Of a stretch of DNA of 64,000 bases, positions 54,663-64,000 are shown one piece after another. This DNA is from Octopus vulgaris (Eukaryota). The stretch lies in contig OX597832.1 in NCBI GenBank assembly GCA_951406725.2, positions 13,020,001 through 13,084,000 of the forward strand, given 5' to 3'. Position numbers and translations under genes: made by a program. Position 1 is the stretch's first letter; each line of letters starts with the position of its first letter. The notes below the pieces were generated by a model. The model had not been told where the DNA came from. It ran no database searches and was given only the letters and a program-made list of their open reading frames with translations.

Positions 54663-55244
54663 AAAAGAGATAGAGGGAGAAAGAGAGAGAGAATGAAGGA
54701 AAGAAATAATAAAGGGAATAAAAAAAGAAATAAGAAAGAGAAGAGGAAACTCAAATGATCAAAGAATCTCATAATTTAGAAACCGGTGTTAAAGAAGAAA
54801 GATTGTGTCAACTTATAAAACATCCTTACAAACTACCCAACATGTTACATCTTTTAGAGTTTCATAAAAATCTTGTTTATGATTACAAAGCGTACGCCGC
54901 CTTGTATGAATTTCGGTTGAAGTTCGAGGACATAAATTGTATAGTATTTATCAATGATTACTTCTTATCTAGAAAAAAGGGCAGAGGTTTGGTTAAAAAG
55001 AAAATGACTATGAGAGAAAGAGAAAGAAGATGAAATAAATATGAAGTATTTAGTGTGGGAGGATGGGGTGAAGAAGATTGGAAGAGAAAAACAATATAAG
55101 AGAAGGACAGAAGAATAAGCAACAACGTAACATTTATATTTGCGCGGATGTGAAACTTGCCGGTCGGGGTAACGGCTAAAAGAAGGAAGAAGAGAGAAAT
55201 GGTCAACTAAGGCGACAAAGTAGGGACGTAGAGCTTAAGAGCTC

Positions 55245-55455
55245 TACTTCCTTCTACTATAGGCAGAAGGCCTGTAATTTGTAGGGAGCGGGATAGTCGA
55301 ATTACATCGTCTCCAGTACTTATCTGGTGCTTAATTTATCGACCCCGAAACGATGAAAGGCAAAGTCGACCTCGGCGGAATTTGAACTTAGAAGGTAACG
55401 ACGGGGTGAAATGCCGCTATGCATTTCGCCCGGCGTGCTAACGCTTCTGCCAGCA
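55245..55455 (-). mobile_element. SINE family B
   Basis: Reverse-complement consensus. Confidence 0.8.
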
Positions 55456-57020
55456 TGAAAACAGTGTGGTTGTGAGTTAGAAATGTTGCTTCCCAACCAC
55501 ATGGTTCCGGGTTCAGTTCCACTGCATGACTCCTTGTGTAAGTGTCTCCTACGATTGTGTCTGTGTTTGTCTGCCACCACTGCTTCAAAACCGGTGCTGG
55601 TTTGTTTATTACCCCTTACCTTAGCTGTTCGGCAAAATAGAATAATAAGCCGATAGAATAATAACAGGGTATCTTTTCACTTTGACCGGCAAATTTTTTA
55701 AATAATTTCTATGTAACTAAAAAATTTAAAACTTCGCATACTGGTAGAATGTGTTTATAAATCAACGTTTTTTCTTGGCTTTCTTGAGAAAATTCTGTAG
55801 TTTGTAACATATTTGTTGTTTAATTTCTTGTATTTCGGCTATTTCAACCAATCAATGGCGTCTATTGAGGTGAAAACGATTTCTGCCGTAACATTTTCTG
55901 ACACTTGTGACAAGACCGTGAAGTATCGGTCAAATCAGTCCCATATTTTACGAGCCACTAGCTGTATAGTGATATGTGTGTGCGTGAATACAAAGACAAA
56001 TACACGTGTAAGTATATATTCAACTAGTGTCTACTGGGTTTCCGTTAGAAAATATAGGTCGGTGGCTACACATAAGATTAAAGCCGAAATCACCATGTGG
56101 AATCAGAGTGAACTCTTGACCCTAGCCGCGAAGCCTTCAGTTGCCGAGACATACAGAATTCCGTACAATTAAAACTGTCATCAACCAACAATACGAAAAA
56201 AAAAAAGAAAAGAAAGAAAAGAAAAGCCAACTCATAAAATGAGGATATGCTTGTATACAGGCGTCTATAAGTATGTGTGTGCGCGCATGTGTGTGTGTGT
56301 GTTGGTGTGTGCGCGTATAGCTGGATGCGGATGAATGGAAGTGTATGTCTGTGTGTTCGTGTGCGTGCGATTAGATGAGTGGGAATAGATGGAAGTATGT
56401 GTGTGAATATATGTGTGTGAGTGCTCGCCAGCGAGAGAAAGAAAAAAAAGAAAGAAAGAAAGAAAGAGAGGAAGAAAAAAGAAAGAAAGAGAGTTTTCTC
56501 CTGTGTATTGTGTATTGTGAAATGGTCTTGTGTCTCTTCGTGTCAAAAACAGTGAATGCGTCGTCTTTCGGTGACCTAGATAAGAGATAGAAATTAGTTT
56601 TGTGGTGTATACAAATACGATGTAATTAAAACAGTGGCTTTTACGGCATGAGGTGGCTAACCAGCCCATCAAAAGGAGCTGCGTGAGATGTGGAACGTTA
56701 ATACCTATACTGGCATCTTTTATCATCTAGCTTTTACTTGTTTCTGTCATTAAACTGTGGCCATGCTGGAGCAACATCTTCAAGAAATTTTGGTCCTACG
56801 AATCGACCACAGTAGTGGTTTTTGTGTGTGTTTGTGTGTGCATGCGCGCGTGTGTGTTTGTGTGTGCATGCGCGCGTGTGTGTGTGTGTGTTTGCGTGTG
56901 TATAAAGCCTGCTATTCTGCTATTTATTTATAGGTCTGTTTTGTTGAACAGTCATTTACTAGGACGTAAACACACTAAGACCGATTGTCAAGCGGTGGTG
57001 AGATATACACACACATACAG

Positions 57021-57063
<43 letters not shown>

Positions 57064-58555
57064 CAGACACTCATAAATACATGCATACATACATACTTCA
57101 GAAGATTATCATTTAAGTATATATGAGCATGTTAAAGATATGCAAACGTGCATGAGAATACACACACAAAAGAAAACATACAAACCTCGTAAAATTCTAC
57201 CCCTATTTTGGGGCAAATAGTTAGGAATTTTCCATAGACCCCGTATAAAAGTCGACCCTAGAGAGGACAGCATTTGTGGGTCAAGGTGCCGTATTAACGT
57301 GTACGAAGAAATAACACTGTTACAAAATTGTGAGGCTACCTTACTGTAGCCTGTTTTATAGGTGAAATGTTTTGTGCTCCTAATGAAATGCTTGGTGCTT
57401 ATAGTAAAACACCATTTAATAGTGAGCACTACACATCTGTTGATGGGTGCTACATCACCATCATTAAAATGCATGCACAGGATATGCTGCAAGTTTGCAT
57501 ATATCTTCAAGCACAATAAGCACATGCGTCTTACTCTCGTTGTTTACATGGTAAAAAACGTGTTTCACAGAGAGTAATATTGGCGAACACTGAATTTGTA
57601 CAAAAGCATGACTTTGGTAAGCCGAAAATCATTCAATCAATCGCTAGATCAGTGGCTCCCATGCGACCTTTACATTTTCTTCATCTCCAAATGCGATAAA
57701 TGCATTCGTCATACGCTCATCTGCTTATATAGTGAGAAACGTGATTCACAGACAGCACTATCAGCGAACAACAGCAAACACCACTGTATGCATTCGTACA
57801 GAGGCATGGATTTGGGAAGCCCCAAAATTTTCAGTTAATCGCTAGATCAGTAATTCCCAAACTTTTTTTGCCACGGAATGCTTCGCCTTTCTTTTTAAAA
57901 ACGTACAACCCCTGATAACTTTCAGGGAACCTTGGGGTTTTGCAGAACACAATAGGGTAATCCCAGCTCCTGATTAACAACTCTACATCATGTCGTAGAC
58001 TTTTACTGGTAACTGTACATGACATGCTGTACCTCTTTTTTTTTTTTATCATTTCTCTGGAGGACAACATATACACAGAAAACGACACACTGTTGACCTT
58101 ATAAGAATCGTGTGGCGAACGCATTCCACAAAATCGCAACTAATCGTAAGCGTCGTCAATACGATAGCACCTAGGCCAAAATACATTAATGTTATATTAT
58201 TACAGTAAGTTTCATACTGACCTACATTTTTATTGCGGCTCTTTTTATGGCATAACATAATTTGCACAGGTATTCCTTTTTACTTTAATGCAGGATTCGA
58301 TTTGACGTGCAGCTTTTGACGATTCATCTCATGGCAATTTAAACGTTAAAAAATAGGTGAGAAAATAGAAGACAGTGAAGGAATTTGGCGTGAAAAATTT
58401 AAAATATCAAGTCTGTCGGGATTTCAAGAAATTAGGTCAGAGTTTTTACAGCTCAGCTGACCTCAATTTCCGTATAACATCCGTGGAATATGGTCGTATA
58501 GTTCAAGATTAAAAATTTCTCCGTCATTATACATAAAAATGACTTCCAGGTAAAA

Positions 58556-58643
<88 letters not shown>

Positions 58644-58646
<3 letters not shown>

Positions 58647-59070
58647 CGCAGGTGTGGCTGTGTGGTAAGTAGCTTGCTAACCAACCACATGGTTCCGGGT
58701 TCAGTCCCACTGCGTGGCATCTTGGGCAAGTGTCTTCTGCTATAGCCCCGGGCCGACCAATGCCTTGTGAGTGGATTTGGTAGACGGAAACTGAAAGAAG
58801 CCTGTCGTATATATGTATATATATATATATATATAAGTGTGTGTATATGTTTGTGTGTCTGTGTTTGTCCCCCTAGCATTGCTTGACAACCGATGCTAGT
58901 GTGTTTACGTCCCCGTCACTTAGCGGTTCGGCAAAAGAGACCAATAGAATAAGTCCTGGGCTTACAAAGAATAAGTCCCGGGGTCGATTTGCTCGACTAA
59001 AGGCGGTGCTCCAGCATGGCCGCAGTCAAATGACTGAAACAAGTAAAAGAGAGTAAAAGAGAGTAAAGAG
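58644..59070 (+). mobile_element. SINE family A, intact-looking copy
   Basis: Complete consensus with a tandem gagtaaaaga tail. Confidence 0.9.
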
Positions 59071-59080
59071 ATATATACAT

Positions 59081-59492
59081 ACAGCAGCATTTAAACTTAA
59101 AGTTATTGAAGCTGCTGAGAAGACAAATAGCTGTGTAGCAACTAGGGAATTTTGTGTTTCAGAGAAACCTGTGAGAGACTGAAGAAACATATCTAACGAA
59201 CTTCAGACAATGCCAAAAAGGAAATATGGCCAAAATTAAAGAAAAAATTTGCAGTGTGGGTACTTGAAATCGTCAAAATTGAAAGCGTGTTACTCGTACA
59301 GTCATCCGAATTTGTGCACGAAATGAATGAAAGAAGGATGGAATTTCAGATTTCAAAGCAAGTGCTGGATGGTACACTAGGTTCATGAGACGTTATGATT
59401 AAATACTTTGGCAGAGGATTAAGGTCGCACAAAAGCTGCCTGCTGATCTAGATGATCAGATTGTAGAGTTCCATTGGTTTGTAATCAGAAAG
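59081..59492 (+). pseudogene. pogo/Tigger-family transposase N-terminal remnant (Brinker-like HTH + CENP-B HTH)
   Basis: TAAFKLKVIEAAEKTNSCVATREFCVSEKPVRD*R ... KWPKL ... DFKASAGWYTRFMRRY ... AQKLPADLDDQIVEFH, with stops and frameshifts. Confidence 0.8.
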
Positions 59493-59524
59493 GGTATGTA
59501 TTATCATGTATTGGGAACATGGTG

Positions 59525-59810
59525 TAAAGTCTGCATAAAATGTAATCTGTGAGAACTGCAAATCAACGTAAACAAGTGGGAAGAGCTAGTTTCGGAAAGA
59601 GCTGAGTGGAAGAAGATATAAGGGAATGTTGTAAAACTTTAGAAGAGAATCGACTTGAGCGCGAAAACATAAAGTGTTTTCTTTGAGGTAGGGGTGGGGC
59701 GCTGTCATCAAAATCTTAAATGGGAAAATAAAGTGCTGGAAGTGTAAAACATATGACAGTATTCTTCTTTCCATGGTTGGTAAGTCAAGCGTCTGAAGTC
59801 ACATGAAAGA
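59525..59810 (+). pseudogene. RTE-type LINE ORF C-terminal remnant
   Basis: RELQINVNKWEELVSERAEWKKI followed by a degraded terminal zinc-finger-like segment. Confidence 0.55.
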
Positions 59811-60361
59811 TCAGCTGTTAGCAATGTGTGGGTCTCCTAAACAGAGTGATTCACTGTGCATCGTGCGCGAAAAGGCTTGCAGATAGATTTCGGGTGTTAA
59901 GAGACAATACAGCAGTCCACAGGTATCGTATCTCACAAAGTAATTCAATTAATCCAGGGCAGTTGCATCTTTCTTCTATTACCTATGTTAAAAACCATGC
60001 AGTTCTGAAGTGGAGCGAAGAATAGATCCTTTTCAGTAGATGCTACAAGGAATGTGAGAAATGTCATTGACAACCAAGAAGCTTAAAGAGGCGGCAATCA
60101 TCTGTGAAGATGGAGCAGCCATCATGTTTGTGTGTGATGTTGTTTCTCCACCGCTTGTCAACCTGTGTTGGTTTGTTTACGTCCACTTAACGTAGAGGTT
60201 CTGCACAGAGATCAATAGGATATATACCAATGTACCAGACTTAAAAATAAATACTTTTGTCGATTTGTATGACTCATACCTTCAAAACGGTTCCCTAGAA
60301 TGGCCGCATTCCAGTGACTAAACTAGTGAGTGTATTAAACGATAATTTTACAGTGATATTG

Positions 60362-60765
60362 TTTTACTTGTTTCAATCATTTGACTACGGCCATACTGGA
60401 GTGTAGCATTAAAGAGTTTTTTTTTATAGTGGAAGGCATGGAACCCAGGACTTATTCTTTGTAAGCCTAGTAATTATTCTATCGGTGTCTTTTGCCGAAA
60501 CGCTAAGTTACGGGGACTTAAACACACCAACATCTGTTGTCAAGCGATGCTGGCGGACAAACACAGACAGAAAGATATACACACATAAATATATACATAC
60601 ATATATATATAGGATGAGCGTCTTTCAGCTTCGGCTACGAAATCTACTCACAAGACTTCGGTTGACCTGAGGCTATAGTAGAAGACACTCAGCTAAGGTG
60701 TCATGCAGTGGGACTTAACCCGGAACCATGTGGTTGGAAAGTATGTTTCTTGATACAGAGCCACA
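60362..60765 (-). mobile_element. Degenerate SINE family A (tail-to-tail with a + fragment at ~60125-60320)
   Basis: Diverged consensus. Confidence 0.72.
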
Positions 60766-61264
60766 TTATACTTATATTTTGTTGAATGTGGGTAACATTT
60801 TGTTCTGTATTGTGAAAGACTTCAAAGGAAGAAAACAAAACAAAAAAAAGGGCCTCAACAATTTAATGCAGTAACGTATGCATGAAAAGTATTTCGCTGC
60901 TATTTCTAGCAGGTCATGAGGCCTAGGAAATGGTCACAAGTACTTTTAGTCTGACAGACATGGATACAATCAATACTACAACGCGTCACAACACACTTTT
61001 GAGTGACGTCATGTCATGTAATAAATCATCACCACCACCACCACCACCACCACCAACAGCAACAACACTCGTCATCATCATTGTCATCATCAGTATCATC
61101 GTTGTTGTCGATACATACATACATACATACATACATACACACATACATACATACATACATACATACATACATACACACATACATACATACCTACCTACAT
61201 ACATACATACATGCATATACATACATGCTTATATAGGCAGATGAATAAAAATCGATATGAAATA

Positions 61265-61390
61265 CTCATGCACGTAATCGCTGTCGTCATTTTCACGATC
61301 ATTATCATCACCGTCGTATTTATCATTATCATCACCGACTTCATTATCGATATCGTCATCGCTATCATCGCCATCATCATCATCGTCTTG

Positions 61391-61471
<81 letters not shown>

Positions 61472-61780
61472 TTCATCATCATCATCATCATCATCAATAA
61501 CATTGTCATGCTCGTTGTTTTTGTTGTCGTCTTCGTCGTTGTCATCATTGTCATCGCAGTCGCTGTCGTCGTCGTCGTCGTCATCGCTATCATCGCCATC
61601 ATCATCGTCGTGATCATCATCACCATCGTCGTCATCATCATCATCATCAACAACAACAACATCGTCGTGCTCGTTGCCGTTGTTGTTGTCATCGTCATTG
61701 TCATCGCTGTCGTCGTCGTCGTCATCGTCATCGTCATCGTAGCCATGCTCATTTTCTTCATCCTCACATACATCGTGATG
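61265..61780. repeat. Compound (ATC/GTC/GTT)n trinucleotide array
   Basis: Direct inspection. Confidence 0.92.
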
Positions 61781-62114
61781 TAAATTACGCAAAATCCGAA
61801 ACGCTTCCAAAGTGAAACGAAATAGTTTAGCAATAAATTCATGAGGATTAGACGTAATGAAATCTCATTTTCAAACCCAGCTTCGTAATTCAATATGTAA
61901 TACAATAATAATTATGATGCTACTCACAACACAGGATTATCGGGATAAAACAAAAATTAAAAAAAAGTCGAATTTTAAAAAAGAAAAGAAGAAAAAAGAC
62001 AGGAAATTATTCGGAATTTATGAGAATTATAACATCGATGATGAAAATATAAACGACAGTAATACATAATGAAGTCCACTGAAAAATATATCTTTCAAGA
62101 TTATTTAATGCCTA

Positions 62115-62250
62115 ATTCTACCGATGTCGATTTTACCTTTCATCATTTCGGGGTCGATAAATTAAGTACCAGATGCGTACTGGAGTCGATCTAATCCACT
62201 GGCCACCCCCTCTCCCAAAATGTTGTGCCTTGTACCTAGAGTATAAAAGA
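62115..62250 (+). mobile_element. SINE family B fragment
   Basis: cctttcatcatttcggggtcgataaattaagtacc. Confidence 0.72.
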
Positions 62251-62281
62251 ATATTATTTAATGCCTGTTATATGCATTAGT

Positions 62282-62537
62282 TCCGGCAGGGGGTGGTGGT
62301 GATCCCTGCTGTACTCTTTCACCACAACTTTCTCTCACTCTTACTTCCTGTTTCTGTTGTACCTGTATTTCAAGGGGCCGGCCTTGTCACTCTCTGTGTC
62401 ACGCTGAATATCCCCGAGAACTACGTTAAGGGTACACGTGTCTGTGGAGTGCTCAGCCACTTACACGTTAATTTCACGAGCAGGCTGTTCCGTTGATCGG
62501 ATTAACCGGAACCCTCATCGTCGTAACCGACTGAGTG
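62282..62537 (+). mobile_element. SINE family C body + tail type 3 (headless)
   Basis: Body shared with 39389-39667; tail shared with 36160-36329. Confidence 0.78.
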
Positions 62538-62668
62538 TTTAATAATTAATATGCATTAGTAATTAAATTATATAAATCGAGCTTTAAAAGCCTGCTATGC
62601 AGGTATTATTGAATATTATAATTATTTAATACATTGAAGATTATTATCATCATTATAAAAGGCGTAGA

Positions 62669-62765
62669 GTGGAGGCGCAATGGCCCAGTGGTTAGGGCAG
62701 CGAACTCGCGTTCGAAGGATCGCGGTTTCGATTCCCAGACCGGGCGTTGTGTGCATTTATTGAGC
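62669..62765 (+). mobile_element. SINE family C tRNA-like head only
   Basis: gtggaggcgcaatggcccagtggttagggcagcgaactcgcg...tttcgattcccagaccgggcgttgtg. Confidence 0.8.
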
Positions 62766-64000
62766 ACTTTCTTATTGTTTCTTGAGTAACAGCGAAATAA
62801 AAAACATCATACAACACATAGAAACTACGGTGTTGTTCGGGAAAGGTCTGGACCGCAGGATAATGACTTAGATGCAGAAATGTCTAGATCCACGGTCTAA
62901 ATCAGTGATTTAATGTGAATATGTAAAAATAAATACTCATTATTTTTCTCGATAGAGAAAAATTTACAGATTCTTATATACTTGTAATTATCTGGTCATT
63001 AAGAATGAAATGTCCGATTTTCTTATTCACGAAGTTTGACAGTCGTTAACTGCAATGCCTTATCCTGACAATTCTTTGTTTTACAACATAGAAGAATTAC
63101 ATCATCACTTTTCGAAATGCAAATATCTTCTGTAATACTTGACCAAGAAACCTCCTTTCCTAATATGCACAAAATTTCATTTATCTTTCTCTCACTCAGC
63201 CTACCACTGGGTATCAGGACAATCAAATATGTGCACCTGAGTGTTAAAGGGGAAATATGACCGTTTAAATTCAACGACATTACAAACGTACTGTCCAAAG
63301 CACCTTACATTTCCCGCTTTCCGTTTTCACTGTAACGATAGCTTAGTTTATGTTCAAATTCCAACTTCAGTAGCAATATTTTAAAGCTTCTATTACTCCT
63401 TGTCCTGCACTTTTTCAGGTTGATTTGACTAAGTATATTATCACTCCTGCACTTTCCCCTCCTTGTACAGCTTTATACCATTCTTAAATACCGTTGTTAC
63501 ATGTACCCGAGACAAATATAAATATAACTTTACAATATTTTTTCATGCAAGAGGGCATCAAATATGAAAGAGAAAGATAATGAAATTAAGAGTCATTCAT
63601 GCATTTTTCATATATAAGTAAAACTATTTTTCATATCTTTGTTCTATGAAATTGAAATATAAAGAAAAAAAATCGATTAGATCGATTTATTTTTCAGACG
63701 ACGACAAGACATGAGATTTATAGGATAAATAGTGAATTGGAAATTTGCTCAAGCATTGCTTATAACACGAATAAATATATTTGTTAAAGAATGAAATGTC
63801 TGCAAGTGGAAATCTGGGTATGAGTCTCACCTTGTTATAAAGTTCAGTAGTCACTAAGTGAATAAATATGTGTTGCTTTAGAATACTAATATATGTGGAA
63901 CAACAGAAAACTGTTCTTTGAAGTATTTAGTTAATTTAGTTTACGTCATACATTCCGAATACACAAGATATGTGTGTCCCCACTGGAAATATATTGCCAT

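Noticed and set aside
57639-57950. hAT/Charlie-like terminus (cagtaattcccaaacttttt) and a 15-bp direct repeat aatcgctagatcagt
   Set aside because: No matching opposite TIR or 8-bp TSD found
61195-61905. Long ORFs (236, 193 and 190 aa; poly-Met, poly-Asp, poly-Ile/Val)
   Set aside because: All arise from one trinucleotide array that is open in several frames on both strands; no splice or domain evidence
63023-63450. Possible reverse-transcriptase remnant (SDDVILL) on the minus strand
   Set aside because: Too degraded to support

Overview
AT-rich, microsatellite-dense animal genomic DNA. The repeat families and (TA)n/(TAA)n load suggest an octopus/coleoid cephalopod (inference, not checked by search). 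The only host gene I can support is the last two coding exons of a neuroligin-family gene (+; 1321-1436 and 4963-5939). The remaining ~58 kb is repeats: three tRNA-derived SINE families, non-autonomous Helitrons, an internally deleted mariner, pogo, RTE and Dong/R4 remnants, and MITEs. The most notable signal is a set of hammerhead-ribozyme (HHR) motifs in inverted pairs. One pair belongs to a 5'-truncated Penelope-like element (PLE; GIY-YIG C-terminus at 28611-28790), whose intact HHR (29993-30080) is duplicated in inverted orientation (28374-28461). A second HHR family forms diverging pairs around (TTA)n/(TAA)n tracts at ~13.7-14.1 kb and ~30.3-31.5 kb. Several more fold-back elements abut (TA)n tracts. 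Almost all ORF-track entries are microsatellite artefacts. Repeat boundaries were read by eye and may be off by a few bases.
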